From Macrostomum hystrix (taxonomy: Eukaryota > Animalia > Platyhelminthes): a stretch of DNA of 64,000 nucleotides. The translations under genes and the position numbers were made by a program. The first letter of the stretch is position 1. Each line of letters opens with the position of its first letter. Of the stretch, positions 22,601 through 37,600 are shown piece by piece. The stretch lies in the NCBI GenBank assembly GCA_950097015.1, contig CATNEN010000024.1, positions 682,001 to 746,000 on the forward strand. The letters are read 5' to 3'. The notes under the pieces are model-generated. The model did not search any database, was not told the origin of the DNA, and worked only from the letters and a program-made list of their open reading frames with translations.

Positions 22601-25600
22601 GAGATGGGGAGAGATGGGGAGAGATGGGGAGAGATGGGGAGAGATGGAGAGAGATGGAGAGAGATGGAGAGAGATGGAGAGAGATGGAGAGAGATAGGGA
22701 GAGATGGGGAGAGATGGAGAGAGATGGAGAGAGATGGAGAGAGATGGAGAGAGATGGAGAGAGATGGAGAGAGATGGAGAGAGATGGAGAGAGATTGAGA
22801 GAGATGGAGAGAGATGGAGAGAGATGGAGAGAGATTGAGAGAGATGGAGAGAGATGGAGAGAGATGGAGAGAGATGGAGAGAGATGGAGAGAGATTGAGA
22901 GAGATGGAGAGAGATGGAGAGAGATGGAGAGAGATGGAGAGAGATGGAGAGAGATGGAGAGAGATGGGGAGAGATGGAGAGAGATAGGGAGAGATGGGGA
23001 GAGATGGAGAGAGATGGAGAGAGATGGAGAGAGATGGAGAGAGATGGAGAGAGATGGAGAGAGATAGGGAGAGATGGGGAGAGATGGAGAGAGATGGGGA
23101 GAGATGGAGACAGATGGAGAGAGATGGAGAGAGATGGAGAGAGATGGAGAGAGATGGAGAGAGATAGGGAGAGATGGGGAGAGATGGAGAGAGATGGAGA
23201 GAGATGGAGAGAGATGGAGAGAGATGGAGAGAGATGGAGAGAGATGGAGAGAGATGGAGAGAGATTGAGAGAGATGGAGAGAGATGGAGAGAGATGGAGA
23301 GAGATGGAGAGAGATGGAGAGAGATGGAGAGAGATGGAGAGAGATGGAGAGAGATGGAGAGAGATGGAGAGAGATTGAGAGAGATGGAGAGAGATGGAGA
23401 GAGATGGAGAGAGATGGAGAGAGATGGAGAGAGATGGAGAGAGATGGGGAGAGATAGGGAGAGATGGAGAGAGATGGAGAGAGATGGGGAGAGATGGGGA
23501 AAGATGGAGAGAGATGGGGAGAGATGGAGAGAGATGGAGAGAGATGGGGAAAGATGGAGAGAGATGGGGAGAGATGGAGAGAGATGGAGAGAGATGGAGA
23601 GAGATGGAGAGAGATGGAGAGAGATGGAGAGAGATGGAGAGAGATGGGGAGAGATGGGGAGAGATGTGGAGAGATGGAGAGAGATGGAGAGAGATGGGGA
23701 GAGATGGGGAGAGATGGAGAGAGATGGAGAGAGATGGAGAGAGATGGAGAGAGATGGAGAGAGATGGAGAGAGATGGAGAGAGATGGAGAGAGATGGAGA
23801 GAGATGGAGAGAGATGGAGAGAGATGGAGAGAGATGGAGAGAGATGGAGAGAGATGGAGAGAGATGGGGAGAGATGGGAGAGATGGAGAGAGATGGAGAG
23901 AGATGTAGAGAGATGGAGAGAGATGGAGAGAGATGGAGAGAGATGGAGAGAGATGGGGAGAGATAGGGAGAGATGGAGAGAGATGGAGAGAGATGGAGAG
24001 AGATGGAGAGAGATGGGGAAAGATGGAGAGAGATGGGGAGAGATGGAGAGAGATGGAGAGAGATGGGGAAAGATGGAGAGAGATGGGGAGAGATGGAGAG
24101 AGATGGAGAGAGATGGAGAGAGATGGAGAGAGATGGGGAGAGATGGAGAGAGATGGAGAGAGATGGAGAGAGATGGGGAGAGATGTGGAGAGATGGAGAG
24201 AGATGGAGAGAGATGGGGAGAGATGGGGAGAGATGGAGAGAGATGGAGAGAGATGGGGAGAGATGGGGAGAGATGGGGAGAGATGGGGAGAGATGAAGAG
24301 AGATGGGGAGAGATGGGGAGAGATGGGGAGAGATGGGGAGAGATGGGGGGAGATGAAGAGAGATGGGGAGAGATGGGTAGAGATGGAGAGAGATGGGTAG
24401 AGATGGAGAGGGATGGAGAGAGATGCTGAGAGATGGGGAGAGATGGGGAGAGATGGGGAGAGATGGGGAGAGATGGGGAGAGATGGAGAGAGATGGAGAG
24501 AGATGAAGAGAGATGGGGAGAGATGGGGAGAGATGAAGAGAGATGGGGAGAGATGGGGAGAGATGGGGAGAGATGGGGAGAGATGGAGAGAGATGGAGAG
24601 AGATGGAGAGAGATGGGGAGAGATGGGGAGAGATAGGGAGAGATGGGGAGAGATGAAGAGAGATGGGGAGAGATGGGGAGAGATGGGGAGAGATGAAGAG
24701 AGATGGGGAGAGATGGGGAGAGATGGGGAGAGATGGGGAGAGATGGAGAGAGATGGGGAGAGATGGGGAGAGATGGAGAGAGATGGAGAGAGATGAAGAG
24801 AGATGGAGAGAGATGGAGAGAGATTGAGAGAGATGGAGAGAGATGGAGAGAGATGGAGAGAGATGGAGAGAGATGGAGAGAGATGGAGAGAGATGGGGAG
24901 AGATGGAGAGAGATAGGGAGAGATGGGGAGAGATGGAGAGAGATGGAGAGAGATGGAGAGAGATGGAGAGAGATGGAGAGAGATGGAGAGAGATGGAGAG
25001 AGATGGGGAGAGATGGAGAGAGATAGGGAGAGATGGGGAGAGATGGAGAGAGATGGAGAGAGATGGAGAGAGATGGAGAGAGATGGAGAGAGATGGAGAG
25101 AGATGGAGAGAGATAGGGAGAGATGGGGAGAGATGGAGAGAGATGGGGAGAGATGGAGACAGATGGAGAGAGATGGAGAGAGATGGAGAGAGATGGAGAG
25201 AGATGGAGAGAGATAGGGAGAGATGGGGAGAGATGGAGAGAGATGGAGAGAGATGGAGAGAGATGGAGAGAGATGGAGAGAGATGGAGAGAGATGGAGAG
25301 AGATGGAGAGAGATTGAGAGAGATGGAGAGAGATGGAGAGAGATGGAGAGAGATGGAGAGAGATGGAGAGAGATTGAGAGAGATGGAGAGAGATGGAGAG
25401 AGATGGAGAGAGATGGAGAGAGATGGAGAGAGATTGAGAGAGATGGAGAGAGATGGAGAGAGATGGAGAGAGATGGAGAGAGATGGAGAGAGATGGAGAG
25501 AGATGGGGAGAGATAGGGAGAGATGGAGAGAGATGGAGAGAGATGGGGAGAGATGGGGAAAGATGGAGAGAGATGGGGAGAGATGGAGAGAGATGGAGAG

Positions 25601-28600
25601 AGATGGGGAAAGATGGAGAGAGATGGGGAGAGATGGAGAGAGATGGAGAGAGATGGAGAGAGATGGAGAGAGATGGAGAGAGATGGAGAGAGATGGAGAG
25701 AGATGGGGAGAGATGGGGAGAGATGTGGAGAGATGGAGAGAGATGGAGAGAGATGGGGAGAGATGGGGAGAGATGGAGAGAGATGGAGAGAGATGGAGAG
25801 AGATGGAGAGAGATGGAGAGAGATGGAGAGAGATGGAGAGAGATGGAGAGAGATGGAGAGAGATGGAGAGAGATGGAGAGAGATGGAGAGAGATGGAGAG
25901 AGATGGAGAGAGATGGAGAGAGATGGGGAGAGATGGGGAGAGATGGAGAGAGATGGAGAGAGATGTAGAGAGATGGAGAGAGATGGAGAGAGATGGAGAG
26001 AGATGGAGAGAGATGGGGAGAGATAGGGAGAGATGGAGAGAGATGGAGAGAGATGGAGAGAGATGGAGAGAGATGGGGAAAGATGGAGAGAGATGGAGAG
26101 AGATGGAGAGAGATGGAGAGAGATGGGGAAAGATGGAGAGAGATGGGGAGAGATGGAGAGAGATGGAGAGAGATGGAGAGAGATGGAGAGAGATGGGGAG
26201 AGATGGAGAGAGATGGAGAGAGATGGAGAGAGATGGGGAGAGATGTGGAGAGATGGAGAGAGATGGAGAGAGATGGGGAGAGATGGGGAGAGATGGAGAG
26301 AGATGGAGAGAGATGGGGAGAGATGGGGAGAGATGGGGAGAGATGGGGAGAGATGAAGAGAGATGGGGAGAGATGGGGAGAGATGGGGAGAGATGGGGAG
26401 AGATGGGGGGAGATGAAGAGAGATGGGGAGAGATGGGTAGAGATGGAGAGAGATGGGTAGAGATGGAGAGGGATGGAGAGAGATGCTGAGAGATGGGGAG
26501 AGATGGGGAGAGATGGGGAGAGATGGGGAGAGATGGGGAGAGATGGAGAGAGATGGAGAGAGATGAAGAGAGATGGGGAGAGATGGGGAGAGATGAAGAG
26601 AGATGGGGAGAGATGGGGAGAGATGGGGAGAGATGGGGAGAGATGGAGAGAGATGGAGAGAGATGGAGAGAGATGGGGAGAGATGGGGAGAGATAGGGAG
26701 AGATGGGGAGAGATGAAGAGAGATGGGGAGAGATGGGGAGAGATGGGGAGAGATGAAGAGAGATGGGGAGAGATGGGGAGAGATGGGGAGAGATGGGGAG
26801 AGATGGAGAGAGATGGGGAGAGATGGGGAGAGATGGAGAGAGATGGAGAGAGATGAAGAGAGATGGAGAGAGATGGAGAGAGATGGAGAGAGATGGGGAG
26901 AGATAGGGAGAGATGGAGAGAGATGGAGAGAGATGGAGAGAGATGGAGAGAGATGGAGAGAGATGGAGAGAGATGGAGAGAGATGAAGAGAGATGGAGAG
27001 AGATGGAGAGAGATGGAGAGAGATGGAGAGAGATGGAGAGAGATTGAGAGAGATGGAGAGAGATGGAGAGAGATGGGGAGAGATGGGGAGAGATGGAGTC
27101 GCGGGTTAGACGCAGTAGGTGGTGGAGGCTGAAAGGCCGAGAGAAGGGTACTCACATCACAGTCCGGCAGTCAGTGGCAGGCTCAGGCGGTGGGTCCCAG
27201 GCGATGCACAGCTGGGTGGAATTCAGTGCCAGAAGGCGCAGCCTAGCAACCGGTTCAGGTGCCGGGGCTGTCAAACGGAGGCGAAGATGAGGTGGCAATT
27301 ATAGGGTGGTGGCAGTCAGTTCGATTAGGAAGCCCATCATCTGGTTTGACTTTTTTAAGGATGCACTTTTGGAGATCTCCGGCTTAAGAAATTAACCCAC
27401 CGTAACTTAGAAGCCTGACTGTATTATTTTGTCAGAATTTTTAGGCCCTAGCCAAAACCTTAAATGCTCGATTAAACCTTTACATCTCAAGCCACATATT
27501 ATAACTCAAGCCACATAATACAGCTCAAGTCACAAATTACAACTCAAGCCACCCATTACAACTCAAGCCACCCATTACAACTCAAGCCACCCATTACAAC
27601 TCAAGCCACCCATTACAACTCAAGCCACCCATTACAACTCAAGCCATCCATTACAACTCAAGCCACCCATTACAACTCAAGCCACCCATTACAACTCAAG
27701 CCACCCATTACAAGTCAAGCCACCCATTACAACTCAAGCCACCCATTACAACTCAAGCCACCCATTACAACTCAAGCCACCCATTACAACTCAAGCCACC
27801 CATTACAACTCAAGCCACCCATTACAACTCAAGCCACCCATTACAACTCAAGCCACCCATTACAACTCAAGCCACCCATTACAACTCAAGCCACACATTA
27901 CAACTCAAGCCACCCATTACAACTCAAGCCACCCATTACAACTCAAGCCACCCATTACAACTCAAGCCACCCATTACAACTCAAGCCACCCATTACAACT
28001 CAAGCCACCCATTACAACTCAAGCCACCCATTACAACTCAAGCCACCCATTACAACTCAAGCCACCCATTACAACTCAAGCCACCCATTACAACTCAAGC
28101 CACCCAGGCCAGCAGAACGCACCAGATCTCTCAGTGCGGAAGGTCATAACGGCGGGCCGGCTGCGTTGACGGCCCAGTTTGTCCTGCGCGGACACTCGCA
28201 CAGTGTAGGCTGTGTCTGCCTGCAGTCCGGCGATGATGTAGCCAGTCTCCTTGGTGACAAAGGTTAATCGCCTGTCAATATCGGAGGCGGATATGAAATT
28301 TCCGTCAGAGAGTTGGGTCAGTCGGCCATCAGATTTTAGTGCTTGGAATCGCAGAACAGATAGGGCCAGACAAAGGATTAGGCGTATCAAGCAGTTTAGA
28401 AACGGCTTGCTCATTATTAAAATCTGGTGGTTTTGGCCAAGTGTTTATCTTCCGCTACAAGTCTGCCAAGGCATTGACCTGTATTATCAACGGCCGATAG
28501 AGAAAGATTACTTCGCTAGTAACTACTCACTCATTTTTCTCTCCATGTCTGTCTCCCAAATCAGCCAATGAACGATGTTCTCAGTTTTGTATGGTGGTCC

Positions 28601-31600
28601 CACAGCCAATCAGATTCAAGCGATACAGAAATGGTCTTTGAATAGAAAAATTCTGTATAATAATTTTGGCCTGATGTAGGATTTAGGAAAACAGCCTTTT
28701 ACTAATGGGGCAGAGAGAGAGTAGGGGCAGAGAGAGTAGGGGCAGAGAGAGTAGGGTCAGAGAGAGTTGGGTCAGAGAGAGTAGGGTCAGAGAGAGTAGG
28801 GGCAGAGAGAGTAGGGTCAGAGAGAGTAGGGGGCAGAGAGAGTAGGGGCAGAGAGAGTAGGGGGGCAGAGAGAGTTGGGGCAGAGAGAGTAGGGGGCAAA
28901 GAGAGGATTAAATGAACAAATCAGGAAGACGTGAATTTCTCCGAACTTAAATACCAACAACAACAGAAGCAGCAGCTGCAGCAGGATTATCTCGTTTGAG
29001 CTACAAGAAGAATAAGAGTTAATAAAATAATTTTCTCTACCCGGCTGGCACTGGGCGCCACATGACAGGAGGGGAGGTTGGGAGGTGCGCGTTGATGGCA
29101 GGACAGCGGCAGCCACCTTCAGCACTAGTCCTGCGTGACCTGGTGCAATCAAGCCGCTGTCTGTCTCTCTCTTCACCGACAAACTGATTAGCTATGCTCA
29201 GAAATATTCTCCAAAAATAGGCACCAACTTAGTTCACCTTATAGTATCGATTGATTAGAAGATTATTAAACCTTCGCGTGCATGTCGAAATTTTCGTGAC
29301 CGAGTCACATTGGGGGAAAGGAAGAAAGTGACGGGGAGAAGAAATAGAAAAGAAAATTAAGCAGGGATTATTTTACTTAATTATAAAAAACGGATTGAGA
29401 ATATAACATTTTTACTAGCAGTTTTTAGTTCTCGCACCTGTGAATTTTAGTTTTTGGACAAATCCGGGAGACTATAGGACAATGAGACTAAATGATAAGA
29501 ACACCAGTAGATAAGGAGACTGAATGATAAGGACACCAGTAGATAAGGAGACTGAATGATAAGGACACCAGTAGATAAGGTGACTGAATGATAAGGACAC
29601 CAGTAGATAAGGAGACTGAATGATAAGGACACCAGTAGATAAGGAGACTGAATGATAAGAACACCAGTAGATAAGGAGACTGAATGATAAGGACACCAGT
29701 AGATAAGGAGACTGAATGCTAAGGACACCAGTAGATAAGGTGACTGAATGCTAAGGACACCAGTAGATAAGGAGACTGAATGATAAGGACACCAGTAGAT
29801 AACGTGACTGAATGATAAGGATACCAGTAGATAAGGAGACTGAATGATAAGGACACCAGTAGATAAGGAGACTGAATGATAAGAACACCAGTAGATAAGG
29901 AGACTGAATGATAAGGACACCAGTAGATAAGGTGACTGAATGATGAGGGCACCAGTAGATAAGGAGACTGAATGCTAAGGACACCAGTTGATAAGGAGAC
30001 TAAATGGTAAATCGATATATACTCGTATTAACACTGATATACGATTACTTAGTATTGAATTGGTTGCTTACCAAACATCACCTAGTCTGCAAGGGCAAGA
30101 ATTTCCTTTGACTTTGAAATTAAAGGTAGCATCTTTAGTTTCTTCCATCACATAGACATCAAATACTATTCTACCAATTGATGACGCATTCCGTTTATTG
30201 CTGCCTTGTTGTGCCATTCAATGCTAATCCACTTAACATCCACTTATCCCACTTCAAAATATCTCATTCCTGTTGTTAAAGTACATATCGCAATAATGGA
30301 GTGTATTTGATGCCACAAAGTTGGATAATGGATTACAAAGGAGACTGAGAGAAATGAGAAGCGTGCTACAAAAAATGGCGATCGTGAGCGGAGTGATGAG
30401 AATCGTGTTGAGAGATATGAGAACCGAGTTGAGAGAGATGAGAATCGTGTTGAGAGAGATGAGAACCGAGTTGAGAGAGATGAGAATCGTGATGAGAGAG
30501 ATGAGAATCGTGATGAGAGAGATGATGATCGTGTTGAGAGAGATGAGAATCGAGTTGAGAGAGATGAGAACCGAGTTGAGAGAGATAAGAATCGTGATGA
30601 GAGAGATGAGAACCGAGTTGAGAGAATGAGAACCGAGTTGAGAGAATGAGAACCGAGTTGAGAGAGATGAGAATCGTGTTGAGAGATATGAGAACCGAGT
30701 TGAGAGAGATGAGAATCGTGTTGAGAGAGATGAGAACCGAGTTGAGAGAGATAAGAATCGTGATGAGAGAGATGAGAACCGAGTTGAGAGAATGAGAACC
30801 GAGTTGAGAGAATGAGAACCGAGTTGAGAGAGATGAGAATCGTGATGAGAGAGATGAGAATCGAGTTGAGAGAGATGAGAATTGTGATGCGAGAGATGAG
30901 AACCGAGTTGAGAGAGATGAGAATCGTGTTGAGAGAGATGAGAACCGAGTTGAGAGAGATGAGAATCGTGTTGAGAGAGATGAGAACCGAGTTGAGAGAG
31001 ATAAGAATCGTGATGCGAGAGATGAGAACCGAGTTGAGAGAGATGAGAATCGTGATGAGAGAGATGAGAATCGAGTTGAGAGAGATGAGAACCGAGTTGA
31101 GAGAGATGAGAATTGTGATGCGAGAGATGAGAACCGAGTTGAGAGAGATGAGAATCGTGATGAGAGAGATGAGAACCGAGTTGAGAGAGATGAGAATCGT
31201 GATGAGAGAGATGAGAATCGTGATGAGAGAGATGATGATCGTGTTGAGAGAGATGAGAACCGAGTTGAGAGAGATGAGAATCGTGATGAGAGAGATGAGA
31301 ATCGAGTTGAGAGAGATGAGAATTGTGATGCGAGAGATGAGAACCGAGTTGAGAGAGATGAGAATCGTGATGAGAGAGATGAGAATCGTGATGAGAGAGA
31401 TGATGATCGTGTTGAGAGAGATGAGAATCGAGTTGAGAGAGATGAGAATCGAGTTGAGAGAGATGAGAATCGAGTTGAGAGAGATGAGAATCGTGATGAG
31501 AGAGATGAGAATCGAGTTGAGAGAGATGAGAATTGTGATGCGAGAGATGAGAACCGAGTTGAGAGAGATGAGAATCGTGATGAGAGAGATGAGAACCGAG

Positions 31601-34600
31601 TTGAGAGAGATGAGAATCGTGATGAGAGAGATGAGAATCGTGATGAGAGAGATGATGATCGTGTTGAGAGAGATGAGAATCGAGTTGAGAGAGATGAGAA
31701 CCGAGTTGAGAGAGATGAGAATCGTGATGAGAGAGATGAGAACCGAGTTGAGAGAGATGAGAATCGTGATGAGAGAGATGAGAATCGTGATGAGAGAGAT
31801 GATGATCGTGTTGAGAGAGATGAGAATCGTGATGAGAGAGATGAGAATCGAGTTGAGAGAGATGAGAATTGTGATGCGAGAGATGAGAACCGAGTTGAGA
31901 GAGATGAGAATCGTGATGAGAGAGATGAGAATCGTGATGAGAGAGATGATGATCGTGTTGAGAGAGATGAGAATCGAGTTGAGAGAGATGAGAATCGAGT
32001 TGAGAGAGATGAGAATCGAGTTGAGAGAGATGAGAATCGTGATGAGAGAGATGAGAATCGAGTTGAGAGAGATGAGAATTGTGATGCGAGAGATGAGAAC
32101 CGAGTTGAGAGAGATGAGAATCGTGATGAGAGAGATGAGAACCGAGTTGAGAGAGATGAGAATCGTGATGAGAGAGATGAGAATCGTGATGAGAGAGATG
32201 ATGATCGTGTTGAGAGAGATGAGAATCGAGTTGAGAGAGATGAGAATCGAGTTGAGAGAGATGAGAACCGAGTTGAGAGAGATGAGAATCGTGATGAGAG
32301 AGATGAGAACCGAGTTGAGAGAGATGAGAATCGTGATGAGAGAGATGAGAATCGTGATGAGAGAGATGATGATCGTGTTGAGAGAGATGAGAATCGTGAT
32401 GAGAGAGATGAGAATCGTGATGAGAGAGATGAGAATCGTGATGAGAGAGATGAGAATCGTGATGAGAGAGATGAGAATCGAGTTGAGAGAGATGAGAATC
32501 GAGTTGAGAGAGATGAGAATCGAGTTGAGAGAGATGAGAATTGTGATGCGAGAGATGAAAATCGTGTTGATGGAGAGTGGAAATGTAATGGAATAGAGAA
32601 ACTGCGGAGAATGCTAAAGAATAATTAGCCCTTCTAAAAGCACCTGCTCCATAAAAGGATTAAACCGAAGAAATTTAAGGCTAGCCAGTTCAGCTTTAAT
32701 ATTCTGTTACAGAAAAAATACCTTAAAATAGTTCAAGATAAAAAGAGGAATACAGACTGGGAAGAAAATAACCTGGAAGGTGTTAGTTGTGGGGTCTGGG
32801 GATTTGGGTGTCCCGGGACTCTGGGAGAAGATCAGGCAGGTCTGGTTCGGGTCGAACAGGCGTGACTCATTGTAGCGCTGCTGCTGCTGCTGCTGAAAGA
32901 ACTGGGTAGAGATGGTTAGCATCCATGGCAATATATTATTTAGCAAAATAATAGGTGCTATGGAGGTTTTTCTATTCACCAATATAATTGCCTGGAATAG
33001 GGCAGCTTAGCAGTTTTCTGCCTTCTCTGCCCCCTCATCCTCACCATTCAAATCCCCATTGTTAGCTACGGCTTTTTCATCGCAGTTCTGAAATCCCTTT
33101 AGGGGAGACATTTCTCTGAAACGAGGCCTGGCTAGTACTTTGGCAGACTCGGAACTGATGCAATACTATTCAAAAAAGAAGACCAATTAGCTAACTTTTG
33201 TCAGGGTTCTGTTGCGGTGCATTTTAGTGTTTATTGCTGCTTTTCATTCGCAGCGTTTTTTACGAAATCTGCCACCTGAACTGCTTGAGAATCTGCGACC
33301 TGAACTGCCTCAGAATCTGCGACCTAAACTGCCTCAGAATCTGCCACCTGAACTGCCTCAGAATCTGCGACCTGAACTGCCTCAGAATCTGTCACCTGAA
33401 CTTCCTCAGAATCTGCGACAAAAAATGGCTCAGAATCTGCCACCTGAACTGCCTCAGAATCTGCGACCTGAAATGCCTCAGAATCTGCGACCTGAACTGC
33501 CTCAGAATCTGTCACCTGAACTGCCTCAGAATCTGCGACAAAAAATGGCTCAGAATCTGCCACCTGAACTGCCTCAGAATCTGCAACCTGAACTGTCTCA
33601 GAATCTGCCAACTGAACTGTCTCAGAATCTGCGACCTGAACTGCCTCAGAATCTGCGACCTAAACTGCCTCAGAATCTGCCACCTGAAATGCCTCAGAAT
33701 CTGCCACCTGAACTGCCTCAGAATCTGCCACCTGAACTGCCTCAGAATCTGCAACCTGAACTGCCTCAGAATCTGCGACCTAAACTGCCTCAGAATCTGC
33801 GACCTAAACTGCCTCAGAATCTGCCACCTGAACTGCCTCAGAATCTGCGACCTGAAATGCCTCAGAATCTGCGACCTGAACTGCCTCAGAATCTGTCACC
33901 TGAACTGCCTCAGAATCTGCGACAAAAAATGGCTCAGAATCTGCCACCTGAACTGCCTCAGAATCTGCAACCTGAACTGTCTCAGAATCTGCCAACTGAA
34001 CTGTCTCAGAATCTGCGACCTGAACTGCCTCAGAATCTGCGACCTAAACTGCCTCAGAATCTGCCACCTGAAATGCCTCAGAATCTGCCACCTGAACTGC
34101 CTCAGAATCTGCCACCTGAACTGCCTCAGAATCTGCAACCTGAACTGCCTCAGAATCTGCGACCTAAACTGCCTCAGAATCTGCGACCTAAACTGCCTCA
34201 GAATCTGCGACCTAAACTGCCTCAGAATCTGCGACCTGAAATGCCTCAGAGTCTGCGACCTGAACTGCCTCAGAATCTACAGTCTAATAATTAAAAACAC
34301 CTATTGATATAGATACTGTAAATGGCTATCCACAGCGATAAAACACTTTGTTTACTTGCTGGGATTTTTTTGATTCGGGATAAAAGTATTCTACAATGAT
34401 CGCACAGCGAATCGCACTGAGGGCTGCAAATGCAGTCCAAGAATGCGACCGATGCGGCTCGGCCGGCACTGCAATCAATCATCAATAGTTGCCCGCTCCC
34501 AGGATTCCACTATCTTCATCCTCATCCAATGCAGATAAAAATCCCATTGCAACCAAACTAGTATAGAGGATTTAGCAATGCAGATATAAAGGCTTGAACA

Positions 34601-37600
34601 AGTTGATTTACACACGTTGAAGGCGAGGGTGCGAACATCCATGTTCAGAGAGTGGCTTCGGATAAAGCTGGATAATGATGCCTTGATTTCAGGGCCAAAC
34701 ATTTTTTATCAATTATTGTCTTCTTGTTGGTTTTAATACCGACAAAGCAGTTTGACTCCTTGCCGCATCAAGCTGCCTATCACTGATCGGAAATAGGCAC
34801 TAATCAATCAACAAAACCAATAAATCCTACCGGAAAATGACCTGCCTACAAACTACATCTCTTACCTTTAAACTGCTAATCTACCTATAAACTACCAATC
34901 TACCTAACAACTACCAATCTACCCAGAAACTACCTGTCTAACCATTAAACTACCAATCTACCAATAAACTACCAATCTACCTATAAACTACCAATCTACC
35001 AATAAACTAACAATCTACCTAACAACTACTAATCTACCTAGAAACTACCTGTCTAACCAAAAAACTGCCAATCTACCTATCAACTACCAATCTACCTATC
35101 AACCTACAAACTACCTGTCTAGCCTATAAACTGCTAATCTACCCTTAAACTACCAATCTACCAATACACTACTCTTTACCAATTTACTATAAGGGTGAGC
35201 CAAAAGTTTCCGGAATTTCATTGCATCAACATAGTCAACTTTCGCATTCAAAGTCAACAGATTAAAACGATGTAACATAGTTGCCATTCAAGACCTTGAC
35301 TCTCTCCCATCTCATAGGCAGTGCCTCAATCCCCTCCATCCAGAAGCTCCTTGGCCTAGAGTCGATCCATTCCTGCACTGCTAACTCCACATGCTGCTTG
35401 TTCGCAAACCGCCGACCATCACAGAAGTTCTGGAGGGATCTGAACACATGGTAGTCACATGGCGAGAGGTCCGGCGAGTAAGGTGGGTGAGGCAAAACGC
35501 TGAAGCCGAGGCTCGCGAGTTTGGCTTGGGTGATTCTAGCCTTGTGTGGTCGGGCATTGTCAAACAGAAGAACTTTGTCCCGGTGCCCTGGGCACACGGA
35601 TCGCAGCCGGTGGGCAACTTGCTCCAGTTCTTCGCAGATGACAGCAGCAGTGACAGCCACACCATGCGGGATGAGCTCCCAGAAGATGGGGCCCGATGAG
35701 CAGAACCAGAAGGACAAGAGCTCCTTCCCACAGTGGGGGTCTCGCCTGGAGCAGATTGGTGGCTCTTCATCAGCATTCACCCAGACCGCCGATGCGATAG
35801 GATTTTCATATGAGACCCACTTCTCATCCTGCGCAATGATGGACTTTAGGAAATATGGCGAGTGGGCCTGGAGGAGGTTCGAAGTTGCCATCTCGACCCG
35901 AGTGCCCATCTGCTGGGGAGTCAGCTCGTGGGGTACCAGAGTCGGCTTCTTCGGAACCTTGCCTGCATCATGCAGGCTCCGTCGAACTGTGCTGTAGGGC
36001 ACTCCAGTTGTGGCCGACAACTTGCGCACACTGTACTCCGGGTTGTCCTCTAGGGCATGGAGAACGGCACCTTGATCGGCAGTGGGGGGTCGACCTGACC
36101 TTGGTTTGTCGCACAGGTTCCAGTCCTCCTCTACAAAGCGAGCGAACCATTCGTACACCGTAGACTTAGAGGGTGCATGATGACCCATCAGACTTGATAG
36201 CTCGCGATGTGCCTCGGCTGCATTTCTTCCAGCGTGAAAGTGGTTGAGCAGAATAGCTCGCCATTCGTTTTTAGGCATGTCCATTATTATTACTATAGCG
36301 GCTATTCAAACAGAGCTGAAGAGATGCGCTGATTCTGAGTAAAAGAGATAGAAGCATGCATGCAAGTATGCTAGTGGATGACTGCCACTTTTGAGATTTA
36401 CCATAAACAAAATTTGTACGAAGATCTAGCTGAAAAAAATTCCGGAAACTTTTGGCTCACCCTTATAATTACAAATTACTAAGTACTAATTTACCAATCT
36501 ACCTATCAACTACCAATCAACCTACAAACTACCTGTCTAACCAATAAACTACCAATCTACCTATCAACTACCAATCTTCCTAGCAACTACCAATCTACCT
36601 ATCAACTACCAATCTACCTACAAACTACCTGTCTAACCTATAAACTGTCAAACAGCCCTTAAATTACCAATTTACCAATAAACTACTAATCTACCTACGA
36701 AATACCAATCTATCTATAATCTACCAATTTATCTACAAAACTGCAAAACCTCCTAACCCACCTGGAGGAATCCTCAGGCAGCAGTTCGATGAGGAAGTTA
36801 TCCCAGTTGGCTGCCTGGCTGCTCAGCATCGGGGCGCGCCACTCCAGCTGGCAGAAGTCAACGCCCAGCTGGTAGTACCGCAGATTGGTCGGACTATCCG
36901 GCAGGTTGAAGTTGTCGGCGCCGATCCTTCGCGTCGACTGGGATCTGTCGGGTTCTGTGAATGGGATAACAGCGGATTGTCTACTGAACAGAATGGAAGG
37001 CTAACTGCAGATATCTACTGAACAGAATGGAAGGCTAACTGCGGATATCTACTGAACAGAATGGAAGGCTAACTGTGGCAATCTACTGAACAGAATGGAA
37101 GGATAACTGCAGATGTCTACTGAACAGAATGGAAGGCTAACTGCAGATATCTTCTGAACAGAATGGAAGGCTAACTGTGGAAATCTATTGAACAGAATGG
37201 AAGGCTAACTGCGGATGTCTACTGAACAGAATGGAAGGCTAACTGTGGCAATCTACTGAACAGAATGGAAGGATAACTGCAGATATCTACTGAACAGAAT
37301 GGAAGGATAACTGCGGATGTCTACTGAACAGAATGGAAGGCTAACTGCGGATGTCTACTGAACAGAATGGAAGGATAACTGCGGATGTCTACTGAACAGA
37401 ATGGAAGGCTAACTGCGGATATCTTCTGAACAGAATGGAAGGCTAACTGCGGATATCTTCTGAACAGGGTGGAAGGATAACTGCGGATATCTACTGAACA
37501 GGGTGGAAGGATAACTGCGGATATCTACTGAACAGAATGGAAGGAGAACCGTGGATATCTACTGAACAGAATGGAAGGCTAACTGTGGCAATCTACTGAA

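Larger units (their letters stand above)
34840..36740. repeat. Degenerate ~19-bp minisatellite (CTACCAATCTACCTATAAA) split by the mariner insertion
   Basis: The same unit is present on both sides (34840-35189 and 36466-36740). Confidence 0.85.

Noticed and set aside
22548-27155. 1535-aa '[10 protein letters not shown]' ORF and many '[10 protein letters not shown]' ORFs
   Set aside because: Stop-free frames of a 10-bp satellite inside a DCC intron; no domain content
32770-32910. Exon-like '[16 protein letters not shown]...' segment
   Set aside because: Phase 0-0 inside a phase-2 intron; the phase-2 frame hits a stop; FN3-1 is complete without it
30812-34307. 594-aa 'MRTELRE' and 357-360-aa 'PELPQNL'/'LNCLRIC' ORFs (pseudo-LRR or coiled-coil appearance)
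   Set aside because: Frames of intronic 21-bp and 24-bp arrays on the antisense strand; no splice or start context
34380-34475. GC-rich Cys-containing segment after a ttgcag acceptor
   Set aside because: No phase-compatible donor and no recognisable domain
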